Shown piece by piece: positions 1 through 14,925 of a stretch of 64,000 bases of DNA. Below the pieces are notes generated by a model that saw only the letters and a list, made by a program, of their open reading frames with translations, did not search any database and was not told where the DNA came from. Location of the stretch: positions 13,766,001 to 13,830,000 of the forward strand of contig NC_087245.1 in NCBI RefSeq assembly GCF_037042905.1, given 5' to 3'. The translations under genes were made by a program, and so were the position numbers. Every line of letters begins with the position of its first letter. The stretch's first letter is position 1. The stretch comes from Lytechinus pictus (taxonomy: Eukaryota).

Positions 1-808
1 TCATAAGCCATTGGAAACTATCCTCAAGTAGTTTTGAATTGGCTACAAATTTAGTCTCTTGTAGTAGCATAGGTTTGATTTTCTTTCAAAACATGGTTAA
101 GATGTGCTTAAGGTTCAGTTTTCTCAATTGTGCAATTAAACTATTAAAGATGCTGGGAAGCATGGAAACAAACCACAGAAGAACTTTTTCAATTGAATGA
201 AGGTGACCAAAAATATGCGATGAAAAGGTTCTACAACATTATGCTTGACTAGGTCAAAGAACTTTTTTAAAAGTAATTTGTTCATTTTAAACACATTTCT
301 TTTCACCATTTTGCTATTTTTTATTATAAGCTAGGGGTCATTTTATTACAAGGAAGATTTATTCTTGGGATCATATAAACATATGCACATTTCCACGATG
401 GAAGATTTTTTTCAATGCAATATCAGTAGTCAAAATGGTAATACATACTTTTCATCAAACAGAAAAGCAGTAGAACAAGGAGAAAAGAGTTTAAATGTCA
501 TTGGAATGAACCTCTATCATTATGTGTATGGCAGACTGTCATTGAGATCTGGTCAAAGAATTTTTTTTTTGTAAATTACAGAAGTTTTTAAAAGTTATTA
601 TCTTGCAGAGTGGAACATGCTAGAAATGTGTTTGTACAGAGTATATACAATTTTGTTGTAGATAGATTTTAAAAAAATTGCTCTAATGAGATCATATTTT
701 TATTACTGACTGTTCATTTTTATATGAATTTGAAGAGAAATATAAGATACTGATGTGACTCGTTATCAGTTTAAGATATGTCAACATATTTTTGTGTTCC
801 CTGTGCTA

Positions 809-903
809 CAGGGTGACCGAGAAAACAAACCCTTAAAACAAGTCACATTGAATTAAAATCAAAAGAGTCAGGATTTGCCAGTTTGTTTTTCTTGGGCACC
901 CTG
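809..903. mobile_element. Tc1/mariner-like MITE (95 bp)
   Basis: TA|CAGGGTGACCGAGAAAACAAAC ... GTTTGTTTTTCTTGGGCACCCTG|TA. Confidence 0.7.
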
Positions 904-2305
904 TAGAATCTATATGGGGTTGGTATATGTCTTTGCATGGAACGATGATGTGTTATATAGATTATGTGGACTGTGTAGAATCTCTTCAACTATTTGTTGT
1001 ACATGGCTCTCAGTGGACACAGTGTTGTTTTGGGAATCCCTTTCCTAGTTTGATGAATATGGTGTCCCCAAAATATTTTTAAATCCTATAGATTTCAGAG
1101 AGATATTGCATTTAGTATCATGTGAGACGATCCCATGTGTGTAATTTTGTCATGAGAAGCATCAAAGTTTGTGAAATACAGTAGATAAATAAGGCAAGGT
1201 TATTACCCAAGAGTATTATCTTCTCATTATTATGTCATGTTCATTTTGTCTTTTTAACAAAACAAGAAAATTGTATTATATTGACGAGTAATTTGTGAAT
1301 TGTACCAAAGTTATATATGAATATATATCTATTTTTTTTCTTTTTATGTGTTTTCATAGCAGCTTGAGATCATGACATTAGCAAGTTGCTTATTCTTCAG
1401 ATGAATTCATGTATCACACTTCATGGGATTCATTATCATATATATATATAGTAGCCATGACAACATGTGACTAAAATCTTTTGCTTTTGTGGACATCCCC
1501 CCCCCCCCCCGCCATCAATCAGTTTTGGGATATTGACAAAGCATATCATCACATTTATCTTTGACATTATATTATCATTAAATAGATGATTTATATCATA
1601 TTCTAACAGCTTTATAATTATTACATTTGTTCTGTTTTCATTTGATATTATTTCCAAAATGAATGCTAACAATCATGTTGTTTGGGGTGATAAAAAAGTC
1701 ATGGCAGTCATAGTTTTTTTTCAGTCTGGGTTAATCATTTTAATGGGATCAAATCGATATATTGGCAAGCTTCTTAGGTTTACACTATATTCATCTTCTT
1801 TTTTTTTCTTTTTTGTTTTGGATAAAGCCTGAAGTGATCATAGTTTAGAAACGTAAATTACACAAAACGTAAATTCAATACTTAGCCTTGAACAAAGCCT
1901 ATCCTGCACCTCCTCATCTAGCTTTTGGTGTGCTAATTATATTGAACACCGTGAAGAGTGAATTGCAGTGAGTAATTATTGGTATGTATTCCAATCTTAC
2001 ATCACGCCAAGTATATATATGAAGTGGAGCGTAGCATGAAACAATGACATATATACCTCATCTCGTAATCTGCTTTTATTGAAACTTTGATGTCTTTGTA
2101 TGTAAATTATGTATCTTCCTCTCCTGTCTCTCCTCTTTCACTAAGTCCTTAAGATCCATGTGAATATATTAAGAACAAATAATTCAAAATCATGAAATGA
2201 TGGATGTCTAGTAAGTAACAAAAAATAAAATCTGTAGAGGAAATACTTGTAATTGAGTACCATTTCATGAAACTTGTCAACACAGACTATCTTTTGGCAG
2301 CTCTG

Positions 2306-2472
2306 GGGGGTGTTTCACAAAAATTGAAGTATGACTTAAATCGCACTTACATGCTGAAGTGTATCTCAAATGCAATGCGCAATGTAATTGACAATGTGGT
2401 TACGCATTTTATACCACACGCAACTAGGCATTTAAGTTACCGGTATACTTAAATCTTTGTGAAACACCTCCC
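2306..2472. mobile_element. Short MITE with GGGGGTGTTTCACAAA termini
   Basis: Inverted ends gggggtgtttcacaaaaattgaagtat / atacttaaatctttgtgaaacacctcc; an element with similar termini lies at 60456-60617. Confidence 0.6.
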
Positions 2473-5400
2473 TGATATATTTGAAATTCTTGGTTTTGAT
2501 TAAATAAGATTCACTGGTTCCTGATTGTTACTATAGTAACGGTCAGGAATTACAACTTTTTAGTACTGGCATGCTTCATGAAAGGGTGTCCTAATTTTGA
2601 ATATAATTATTTGAGGTCACAATGATAATTTTTACCAATCAGTATGAAGATTGCAGCATTTAATTCCAAACTAAAGATTTTATGATCGAACTGTCAACAT
2701 TTTTTTGTTCTGTTTTCACTTCATAAAAAGAGTTCAGCATCTTTATTATTTTATTTTTAAAAATCAACCCAAAGATGTTATGTGATTCTTCCAGAGTCTT
2801 TGACGTATTCACAAAATTATTATCAAAGCAAATCTTGTATGAAGCACTGCACAAAATTTGGTTTGATATTTCTTATATTTTTTTTATACTACATTAAGAT
2901 ATATTTGCTTTCTCTTTTAGACAAATCATTAAATAAAATTGTTTTTTATGATTATTGTTGTAACACACTACTTTTCTTCTGAAATATACTGCACTTTTTA
3001 AAAAAGAAATGTGTAGGTAACAATTTATGCATATTTTCCAATACAATTTCAAACTGTTGCATTCTTTGTGGTACATATTTATCATATACTGAGACAACGC
3101 CAACGGAGTCCAAAAACGCAAATGTTTGTTTAGTGTCAGAATATAGATTGGGGGAGCAGAAAAATTACATTTAAATTTTCAGGATTGTCAAATAGGTAAA
3201 GAAGAAAATAGATATTCGGATGTTTTTGTTTATTCATTCTTGAAAAGTCCTCATGTCTTGATAAAATATACCAAGGAATATTGGATACTCCCAGATGACC
3301 ACAACATAAGCATTGTGAAGAATAGATCAAATAGGTAAATGGTGGTAATATCAACTAGACTTCAAATTTTCAAAATTGTACGAAAAGAAACATTGTTAGA
3401 ATATTGTTCACTGTGCCATGTCTTTATTAACATGTCAACTTTATCTTGATCTAGGTGGACTGTTTCATTTAAGCAGATCGCTAAATTTAGCCATTACATT
3501 GCAACCGCCAAAATAATGGAACGTAGAAGCCAAGTGAATCTCTCACCTGTAATCTCATTGGCTAAAGTTGAATTTTTTTATGTTGATTAAAATCTTTATT
3601 ATTATTGCAAGTTGTTAGTGCAAATTATATCATTTGGCACAAATTCATCATTAAATGTTGAAGCGATGACTTTAACACTCCATGGGGGTGTTAAATACAT
3701 TGCTTTAACAATTAATGTGAAACTTTTGAAAAATGTGAAACACCCCCCTGATTTCATTGATTTGTAAAATCATGCTTAGCTTTACTAGCAGCTTCATTAG
3801 ACACCCTCCCTTACTCTGTGCTTATGAGACAGGAGTTAAAATCAACCGCAAAGCTTTTACTGATCTAAATCAATCACAGCATAATACTGGGACCTTAATC
3901 GGGCCCATACTTCACATTCTGGAAAACTCTTGTCATAGAAATTGATTTTGAGAGATGTGTAGATTGATTCTAACATTGCCAGTATATGTTTCTGTGTTTC
4001 CTAAAAATGTTCTGGAGATTGTTCACAAATATGCCTCCATGTATGTACACTGATTTATATGTAACTCCATTCTTGTCCATCATTGTCGAGGAATAAACCT
4101 TCCATAGGTTATCACACACATCATTGATATCTGTTATAGATATATTTTAATCATGATTATGAAAGACATTTAGCTACTGTTTATTAATATTAGTGTGATT
4201 ACATCTACTCTGTAAATTAAAGTTTATTTCTAATTCTTTATATAGAGCTGCTAAGTTTCCCAAGCAATTAAAAAAATTACTTAAAAAGTGAATATTTTAG
4301 CAGGAAAAACTCCCAATATTCTGTAGCTTCATTTTGTGCATCAATAACCTCGCTTAAAATGTATGTTCTCTATGAATCTTTCTGATTTTATGCTAAATTC
4401 TATCTGTAGTGTGAATATTGGCAGCTCTGTTGATAGGAAGAGATGAACAAATTATGTCATGGTTACTTCAATATCCTGTGGGTCAAACTGTAGTAATCTT
4501 ATTAAATTATGGTAACTACTTGTCTACCTATAACTGCTTTGTCAAGATATATTGTTAAATTTCCAATGTGAGTGGGATATTCCTATCATCCTGTCTCAAA
4601 ATGTTTATGACGATACAAGCTCACACGCCCTCTCTATGTGTTTTATTCTGTTGCTTTCTTGTAAATGGTTCCATTTTAACGTGTGAGTGAGAATATCATA
4701 GCCATTCAAATTTTGAATAAACATGTTTTATGTTTATGTAATTAGCAGCATTGGAGAGATGACATTTTATAAACTTATTTTATTATTTGTCAGTTATAGA
4801 AAAGAGGAGAACTAACAACCCAATATTGTGGTGTTCGTATTGAGGTTTTTACTTTTATTGAACCATGTACACACAAAAAATAAACATTTTATCGAGTGAT
4901 GAAAATAGAATCCATTGCAGCTTCTTTTTTTATTCTTGTCATAATTCTGGATAATATTCTTTACAACCCTGACACATCACCATGTACTTTTAAAATTCCC
5001 CTGAAATTACAACAAAATTTTCAAGCTTCAAAATGCTAGACACATTCACACCCGCCTTTACCAGATATGTTTTAAGCCTACATGCTATAGCCAAGGATGC
5101 ACAATCTTTGTGCCTCACATCAAAAGTTCTCATATTTACAACCACAATCTGACACTGCAAATGTCCCTGCAACCTGCAGAAATCCCTGTGAATATTGATA
5201 TTTTGGGGTATTTCTTTTGGATACACTATGAGTGGTTTCACACTTGTGAAATACCTGTTATTTTTTTTCATTTTGGTATAGGATTTCTGTTCAGACAATA
5301 TGAGGTACTTTTCCCAGAAGGGGGAGTGAAAGCAGCTCCCCCCTCCTTCTCTTTTCATGTTGTCTGTTGATTAATTATGTGATTGGTTGCTGGTAGGAAT

Positions 5401-8400
5401 TACAATGTCTGACTGCTATCAGTAATTGAGCTTGGTTACAGATTTCATTCTCAAAAGAATTAATAATAAAAACTGATTAGTGATGAAAACAAAATGAATA
5501 AGAATTTAATGTAGAACTGGATTAGAATGAAAACTTACATTTTTTACTGAAAATTTTCACAAAAATTCACCATAATTGTGAACGAAATCCTTAAATTTTA
5601 CTTTAAAAAATGTATAAGTGCCCAAATAACAAGCACAGGAGCCTCACTTTCGACTTTCTTCGAAAATGTTTATGCATCCAGCGACGAGTAGGCCTAAACT
5701 ATTCACAAATGGAACCATATTACTTGCAAAGTAATTTAATTTTCATTGCAAGTTGTGGGTTGTCAACACATGCAATGTGCAGTATAAGATTGTGAAAATA
5801 TATCAAAATTATACTGTGAGCAAATTATGTCTGAAATGCCATATAAGTGATATCACATTCTATGTTCCCTTTGATCATGGACAAGGAGAGTCATAAAAAC
5901 ACAAGTATCACTTCATTTAGAGGAACAGTGGCAGACCCCCCCCCCCCACCCCTTAAGAGCCATAAACAAAATTTTTAATGTAAATATGTTTTTTTTTAAG
6001 TCACAGCATATTTTTTTTTGGGGATATATCATTGAAACACAAGTGAGGACCCTTTTTTTTCTTTCTTTTTGGGGGCTTGTCAAAATCTCATTTGGGAAAA
6101 TGTGCCCCCACCCCTTTGGAAAATCCTGGATCGGCCCCTGTATAAGAATATGTAAGATTTAGAGCATCTTGTTAAACCCTCCTCCTTTCTTTCCTATAGG
6201 ACCCATGGCAGCAATTTGTAATTTCCAAATAAAGTATTTATCACCTACATGGCAGAAGAAATTGTATATTTTGTTACAAAGCATGTTTTCAGACAGTGTT
6301 TTACTCATAGGTCACAATTAAATGCATTTTGTAGTGCACTCTTATGAAGAAGTATAGTTTCTCCATTTGCATAGGGCCTATGGCGACTGTTTTGAATGTC
6401 AAAATACAGCATTTCATACTACGGAAAAAAAATGATATATCTCATTAGAAGTCACGTTGACAATATTACAGGCATTTTATAGTCACACAAAGCCAAATTT
6501 TGTCAAAATTATCCGTCCCCAAGTTGTTCATAACATACATGTAGTTATATAGGGACATATGGCAGTCACTTGTAATATCAAAATTTGTCACATACATGAC
6601 ATGAGAAATGATATATTTCGTTAGCAATCATATTTTCAGTCAGTACTTCACTCGTAGACTCTTCACAAGTACATGCATTTTAGTGCTCACTCTTTGCTCT
6701 ATTAATATTGTGCATAAAAGTATAGTACAGGGGTCTATATGGCAGCCATTTTTAATAACAAGGAAATAATTACTTTGTCAAATATTCCATTATTTCACTT
6801 CTGGGTCACAATTACAGGCATTTTATAGCCAATGTGTGTGCTTTTTTCCATTGGTAACTTGCATATTTGGTGGCCATATTAGATTTTGTCAATTCCTCGC
6901 TGAACTTGTGCTCATTCAGATTTGGAATCACGAATCGGGCAGCAGTCAGCACCCTCGAATTGACAAGACCATTAAAAACATTGTGTTTATGAAACAAAAC
7001 AAGGTCAGACCTCTTTCCAAATTATAAAAAAAGGATTGCAAGAGCCCCCCCCCCCCCCCCAACGTTTCCAATTCTCCTTCTCTTTGATCCCCTATAATGC
7101 TTTCCCCCCCATTCATTTTCATTCAATGAAGGCGTGTTTTTTAGAGGAAGTTCACCATGTTCACCCTGAAAAAAGGGTCCGATGTGAAAATACCAGAACA
7201 AATGATAAAAATGTTAAAGGTTTGAGGAAAATCCATCAAATATTTAGGAAGTTCTATAATTTTATTTGTTATGTAAATTACAAAAACACTGAAAAGGGGA
7301 AATTAATGGTTTATGATGAATAAACATTTTTTAATTCTATTAAGCGAGCGCGTAACGCAAGCTGAAAAAATATATATACAGCACTTGTTTTTTTACCATG
7401 AACAGGATGTACTTTTCGCTAAAACACTAAATAATGAAAACTCGAATTCCGAGCAGAAGACCTTGTGCATGTTTCCTTCAAAACGGGATATTTTAAGCCC
7501 CACAGTCTTCCAGTAAGATTATTATCTCTCTTAACCAGCAATGCTCGCGAATTTGAGCAATTTTTTTATATCTATATTATAATGACCTGAAAGTTTGTCT
7601 TTTTTCCAATCTCCCCTCATTCAGTTTTATCGATGTCCCTCTTCTTTTCTCTCCTCCCTCCCTTTATTTTTTATTTTTCCCCTCTCTCTTTTTCTTATTA
7701 TTTCTTTTTTGCGCCGCCAAATTGGGAAGGAGAGCCACCCTTTCGACCCCTTGGATCCTCTTATGGCTGTCACTTGTCTGATGATGTACGAACCCATTTT
7801 TTTTTTGGAAAATTAGATTTCGTTGATTGTTTTATCATGCGATACTATGTGGGAAGCTGCTCACATTATGAGTAGGACCATGGACCTATTACGGGTCCAT
7901 GGTAGGACACACATTTTTTTTTGCTGTTTCACAAACATGATTACCAAAATAAACAATGCGAGCGCGAAGCGCGAGATTTTAAATATCCTGAGATGATAAC
8001 TGGACGTTATATTTAAGCAATTTTGGAACCATGAATAAGATATTCAGCACTTTAAAAATATGAACATCATGAGAAAAATAATTTGCGCATATTGACTTGA
8101 ACACTAAATGTATGTTATCCTATTGAATAGATCATTTATTTATCTCAGTCAGCAGCCACTGCGATCACGAAGTGCGAAATTTTGAATTTTATATCATGAC
8201 GCAAAAGATTGCATGGATGGTGTTCATGGTGTTGGTGACTATTGTAGGGAGCTAACAGCGAGTGAAGAGTGAAAAGAGTGAAGAGTGAAAACTGCTGTTT
8301 TGGAACACTTTTTGTTGAGTAGGGTGCTGGTATTCATTTTTTGTTCATTTCTGGGGGCAAGTGGGGGGGGGGGGGGGCAACGATAGCTGACTGCATGGGG

Positions 8401-8424
8401 AGCAATTTCCATATTCTGAAAATG

Positions 8425-8848
8425 CGCCCCTTAACAAGTATTGGTAACAAAACGATACTCTTGGCAAATGTTCCCTGAAATGAACCCCTAAACAAGTACA
8501 GGAATGTTTTATTGTTACGGGTCCTTCGGTCGTCGGCTTTACCTTATTTGGTTTAGTACGACCCCACCTTCTACACCTCGCGCAAATCGGACTCTAAACA
8601 CGAAGTGTTGGGGCAAAAAGGACATCCTTTATAAAACATTTTAATTTTGTTTTATCATCCCCGCGAATTCGACCCTAAACACGTAATTTTCCTAGCAAAA
8701 TAGATACCCTTTTTTCATTATTTTTTTGTTTTTGACACCCTTATCACGTTACGTACGTAACGTGCCCTATCGTGAAAAAGACATCCTTTTTACGTGTTTT
8801 TTTGGTCGCGCATGGTATCCACTCGTCAATGTAAGTGGCCCCCCCGGG
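8425..8848. repeat. Partial interspersed repeat (MITE-like right arm)
   Basis: Repeated acccctaaac/acatccttt motifs ending in ...gtaagtggcccccccggg; no matching left end seen. Confidence 0.4.
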
Positions 8849-9224
8849 CTTTCCTACACGCAACAGAATCTTCATCGTTATTATTATTTTTATTTTTGTG
8901 TCATCAGATTATAGGAACATGCGAGCTCGGCCTCAGTGTGCGAGGGGGGTGCGCGTATGTAGAATGTTTTTATTTTCTACTTATTTTCCAATCCTTTTTT
9001 TTTCTTCGTAATGTTCTAAAAATGTTTACATTCTCTGCTTCTTGAGGTTTCAGACTTATACCATGTTTTATCTTTGACAAAATATAGGAAAATATTGTCT
9101 AATTGTGATTGTTTTGAAAAGGGCTTTTGAATAGGCCCTACTTGATAAGATCATTTGTGGTAGGTCCTGTCATGCCATGAGGCCAGGCCCAGATATAGAT
9201 ACGAAACGAAGGTGAAGCAAAATT

Positions 9225-9369
9225 CGCGCGTGCTATTATTCAACGCATGCGCAATATGTGGAATGACATTATCGTCGTTGCCATTTTGTAGCCATTTTGG
9301 AAAATTGCTTCCGTGCAGTTTCTACATTTCATGCTGAGTATCTCACGATTTCTCTGAGTTCTTCCAGTG
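9225..9369 (+). promoter_or_regulatory. Probable promoter and non-coding first exon of the zinc-finger gene
   Basis: Locally CpG-rich patch with GCATGCGCA (NRF1-like) and two GCCATTTT (YY1-like) motifs, followed by a donor-like cagtg|gtaaat at 9370. The next clear acceptor is at 15841. Inference only. Confidence 0.5.
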
Positions 9370-9781
9370 GTAAATATTGTCTTGTACTATTTAATGTAAT
9401 TCTAGATGGAAAATGTGTTCTTCATATTTCTTTTTTGTTGTTTTTTTCGTTAAGGCCGGCCTTTGACGTTAAACGGCAACATGTTATTGCCGATTTGTGT
9501 GTGTGTTGATTAATGTTGGGATGTGAAGCGCAGCCTTTCCTGTCTTCCTCAGAATTCATGCGTGAACTAATTAATTCATTCACATTCGACTAAAGTCGAT
9601 TTTTTTTTCACTGACACGCCAACCACAAATCCTTTATTCACAATATAGAAAAATAGGTACCGAATATTGTTCATCTCTGCAGTGCTGCATGCACACTGTC
9701 ATTGTGGCGCGGCCTGTGCAGCGCAGCACAGACAGTTCCACCATGCCTGAGCCTCCATGGACCTACTACTACACACTCTAC

Positions 9782-12700
9782 TTACATCTCCATGTGTGGC
9801 AAAATAAGGGTGGCAATGTTTGGCTTATTTTCTCTTTTTCTATGGGGAAAATGCTTGATTTCTTGACACTGACAGTTTCCATTACATCTATATGTAATTA
9901 TCATATAACATATCCTAAGTAAATTTGATTCTCTAAATTATTTTTTCTTAATTAAAAATAGAGATTGAAAAATGAAAATTTTCTTGCCATATACATCTCC
10001 ACCAACAGAGGGCGTACACAAAAAAAACATGCCCAAAATTCAAGTTTTTGAGTGCTCTGGTGAATACAAAAATTATTCCCAAGTTAATATTGAAAATTAA
10101 ATTGCAACTGTATGGAAATTAGTAATTTTGGTGATTTTTTAAAGTGTGTGCTATGTACAGCATTGGCATACCGTACCATAGTCTAAGTCATACCTGTAGG
10201 TCTCGCGCGCGTAAAGCATTCCCCATAGACTTGTGTGTTAAAATGGCACTTAAGAAAAATTCATAAAAAATGAATGTGAAATTAGAGGGTCGAATGTTTA
10301 CTACCTTTGGATAGGATATATATCTGACAACAATCCATATCTGACCAGAGAAGGGTATCGTAGCCAGCTCATTTTAAAAATAAATCGCCATTTATAAGAT
10401 AAATATGATGGGATCAAATTCATCAACTGAAACAGTAAAATAGCCCCAATTCTTCCGCCAGTCAAAAAATAGTTCCAAATCGTTGATATATCTTTCCAAT
10501 TTGGGCAAAGGAAGTTCAGTAGTTACCATTTCTAGAATCAGTGTTAGATTTTGAATCATATTCATGCACTTTTGTCAATCAGCAATATCAAATTTAAAAA
10601 ATTCGAATGGGTTGGGTCGAACGAATATCTGTAGCCCTCCTGATGTAATTAGGCTCATGGCATCTATATTATATGACCTATAAATTTTATTTTCTTAAAT
10701 AGCTACTTTGCTATTCTTTTATATCTGTACACTCACACTAGCACAAAGAAATGCATTGAAAATGCCTATTTTCTATGCAATGACCCATTTTAATGTGTTA
10801 CTCATACATGTTATATTCACTATATGGATGATATCCTACCTGCATATAGCCCAATGAGTGAATGCAATGACAATATACATAGGCCCCTATTCTCCTTGTA
10901 ATATAAAGGTGTATGTATATTTTGTGTAGATATCAGGATACCAGAACTGCCCCAAACATAATTACCAGATATACATGAAATTGAATGAGGAAACAATAAA
11001 AGAATGAGAACATATTACTTTAGTACATTTGCACTTGACCTATTATATCAAAATCTTCCTAGGGCTATTGCCTATCAGATGTAAGAAGGAAGAGATACAT
11101 AAATAGATAGAAAGAGAGAGAGAGAAAGAAAGAAAGATAATTTTATAGATGGCATGGCTTATAAAGAGGGGGGGGGGGGGGCGGGCTAGACTAAGATTTG
11201 AGCACACAGCCACCCCCCCTCCCTCCTTAGTTGAGCACTATTAGATACCTTACCTTACTCTGTGCCTTTTTCTAAATACCTTCTTGAAGGTACCACTCTA
11301 GTTCTCTTCAGTAAAGTTCACAAAGTTCTATTTCCTCTCTACCCCATTCCAAAGAACAATTTCAACATGAGCAATTTGTTAAGGTCTTTCTAACATTAAG
11401 GAGGTGATCATACACTAGCACATACCAATGATGAATCAAAACATAAAGAGGCCTAGACTCTCATTGACCAGTCTATATGCATTCCTAGGCTTACATACAC
11501 ATACCTACTAACTTTACCTGATATATAGCCTTGCTAAGCCATTAAATCCATTTTTGGCACCACTTGATGACTAAACATATTGATATCAGTTAGAAATTGT
11601 TTGCTACTGAGGAGTTTGGGCAGGTATTCCATCCACTATAGGGAACTCGCCTGTATTACCTATAGGTCTCACGCGCGTAAAACATTCCCCATAGACTTGT
11701 GTGTTAAAATGGCACTTAAGAAAAATTCATAAAAAATAAATGTGAAATTAGAGGGTCGAATGTTTACTACCTTTGGATAGGATATATATCTGACATTCCA
11801 TATCTGACCAGAGAAGGGTATCGTAGCCAGCTCATTTTAAAAATAAATCGCCATTTATGAAGATAAATATGATGGGATCAAATTCATCAACTGAAACAGT
11901 AAAATAGCCCCAATTCTTCCGCCAGTCAAAAAATAGTTCCAAATCATTGATATATCTTTCCAATTTGGGCAAAGGAAGTTCAATAGTTACCATTTCTAGA
12001 ATCAGTGTTAGATTTTGAATCATATTCATGCACTTTTGTCAATCAGCAATATCAAATTTAAAAAATTCGAATGGGTTGGGTCGAAAGAATATCTGTAGCC
12101 CTCCTGATGTAATTAGGCTCATGGCACCTGTAGATTCCCCCATAGGCAGGATGGTTGCGGTGAGCCAGTGACTTAACCCAGGGAGCTCCTGGCCGGAGCC
12201 CAGGAGTCAACCGTGCAAATCGAGAGAGACACGGGACTGGGGTAGATTGGGGTCTCAATATTAGTAATCTTAATAAAATGTGGTAACAGAAATTATGCAC
12301 TTACCACGATTATATGGTTGAAGGTCTATCGTGACACACAAATCCTGACATCGAGGCACAGACTGGAACCTCAAAAAAACAAAATATAGCCTCACTGATC
12401 GGCCATTTTGACTTTTGTTTCGAATTTTGAAAGAAGCCAGGAGAGGTATCGCGACAGAATTCATTTTTTTTAGGAAAGAGCATGGCTAGTAGTAGTATTT
12501 GAAGAGAACAAATTAAGATTAAAGATGGATGTAACGATATCAAATTTGGGTGAATCCAATAGGCAATATGTGCTAAAGACAAAGCCAGTAAGAAAAAAAT
12601 TGCTTAGATATGAGTGAAAAAAACAAACACAGAATTCCATCAAATGTCAGGCATGTCTAGGTCTACATGTATTTTTTTCCAAAGCAATATTACACTGTTA

Positions 12701-13556
12701 CACACGCTTTTCTGTGTTTGTGATCAGTTTTGTCAGTTTTCAGCTAATATTTTATGATTTAACAAAGATAAGTTTTATATTAGGCCTAATATATACCAGA
12801 TCTAGGTATAGTCTATAGAGTGACAATTAACCTTGATTTTAAAGACTCTCAATAAATAATTGTCTGATACAACTACATTTTTTTACCTTTAAGGCAGTAC
12901 AAAGGTTGAAAATAATAATAAATGAATAAGGCCAGGGTAAAATTAAATGAAAACAGTTGCGCTTGTAGACCATACAGTACATGTATGTGTGCCATCATGA
13001 ATATTGATGAGGTAGGCTGATGCACTCATTCAATGAACAAGGTATATCATGATATAACCTTGTTTTCTGCTAAATACATTGTACTACTCCATTACATATG
13101 TCCATGTGTGGCAAAACAAGGTTGGCAATGTTTGGCTTATTTTCTCCAATGAAAATAAGCCAAAAATTTCTTTGGGACAAATGCTTGATTTCTTGACACT
13201 GTCAGTTTCCATTACATCTACATGTATTCATCATTGATATCCTAAGTAAATTTGACTCTTTTAATTATTTTTTCTAAATTAAAAACAGAGATTGAAAAGT
13301 GACAATTTTCTTGCTATATTTCTTTTCACCAATAGAGGGCGTATGCAAAATTATTCCCAAAATTCGAATTTTTGAGTGCTCTGGTGAATACAAAAATTAT
13401 TCCCAAAATACTAATGAAAATAAATTGCAACTGTATGGAAATTGGTATTTTGGGTCACAAAAGTGATATTTTAATGATTTTTAAAAGTGTGTGCTGTGTA
13501 CTGCATTGGCATAGTCCTACATGTACCTGTAGATTCCCCACAGGCAGGATGGTTGC
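9782..13556. repeat. Outer pair of ~420-440-bp diverged direct repeats (9782-10199 and 13092-13532)
   Basis: catgtgtggcaaaa..ggcaatgtttggcttattttctc ... gcattggcata..tacctgtag is present in both copies. Confidence 0.85.
10200..12125. repeat. Two ~460-bp near-identical direct repeats (10200-10661 and 11666-12125) around a ~1-kb spacer
   Basis: The two copies align along their full length; the block is flanked by ACCTGTAG on both sides (10192-10199 and 12126-12133). Confidence 0.9.
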
Positions 13557-13989
13557 AATGAGCAAGTGGGCTGATGATGTCATGTTCCCACTTTCCTCTT
13601 AGAATACATGAAGTCATAGATATTTCACAATTGTGTATCATATATCTCCTTAAATTAAGTTGCAGCAATGACTAAATTAGTCTTTTTTTTTTCATTGGAG
13701 AAAATTGAATAATATAGGTTTCAGAAAATACAAAATAAATTGGGATATGACATCATCAGCTTGCTCATGGCATGTTGCAATCATGCATAAAAATGAAAGC
13801 CAAATAATGCAAACCTTTAAAACGTCATAACTAATTGTTTAGCAGTTATTCCTTCTCTGATTTAGATTAAGTTTTTATTGTTTGTTAGTGGTGCGGCCTA
13901 ACGCACCATAATTGATATGGAAGTAAACTCCCTATTTCATTCAAATCATCTTGATCAAAGGCTTGTGTTGGCCCAATGTGACTGATTAA

Positions 13990-14925
13990 GGACGTTCCAC
14001 AGTTAAAATGAAATCCATGTCGTTTTCACCAAACTTTGCACATAGATACTTTAGAACCTGAATATTCGAAATATGCAAAAATTAACATAGGTCCATGAGC
14101 TTGATTTTTTGCTATAGAGCTTCAAAGTTCACCCGAATGGATGTTCTTACGAATTGCGCATTCAAAAGAATTTGGCATTTTTAGACCTCGCAAGATCACT
14201 ACAATGAGTTTAAACCTCTATTACTCAGTCAAAATACCTGAAAAAGTCATCAAATTTCGCAAGAGAGTTAATAAGTGTATCGTTAGAATGGCGAATCTAT
14301 TTATAGTGCTATTTGTTTGCAATTTTAAGTCTAACAGCACTGTCAGTTCTTAAAAATGGCGTAAAACATAACAAAAACCCAATCTCAAAAAAGTGAAATT
14401 TCAATAACAAACTACAAAAGTACAATAAATGCTGCACTTTATTCAAAATCCATGTCATTTTCACCAAAATTTGAAAAGTTGTAGAGGAAGGTATATCTAA
14501 GAGGTGTAAACATTAAAAAATAGGGCTTCATGTGCTTGTTTTCAAACTATCAGCATTTTCATTAGAGCAAATGTGCTTTATAAAACACCAAAAATGCGCC
14601 AAATGCTTTGTATCTATGAGAAGAAAAAATTAAAACCACTCTACCATTTATTCAAAGTCGGGGTCATATTCGTGATTATTGGCAGCACTGCAGAGTAAAG
14701 TATTTTAAAATTGTAGAGATGTTTTTTAAAATGGTCCATGGAATAATTAAAGTTTTTTAGTTTCATAAAATAACGCATCGGATCTGCAGTTAGAGTGCAG
14801 ATGATGAGAAAAATCAGTTCATACCCACAGCTAATTAATCACCTGTTCAACCATTGTGACGTCAGCGGGCATTGTGTAAAATATGCGCAGATCATAATGC
14901 GCACAAACATAACTGTGGAACGTCT
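13990..14925. mobile_element. TTAA-flanked non-autonomous DNA transposon (Kolobok-like termini)
   Basis: TTAA|GGACGTTCCACAGTTA ... TAACTGTGGAACGTCT|TTAA. Confidence 0.75.

Noticed and set aside
1..4900. Coding gene in the first 5 kb
   Set aside because: Only short AT-rich ORFs without motifs; a long 3' UTR (AATAAA near 4716 and 4879) is plausible but cannot be shown
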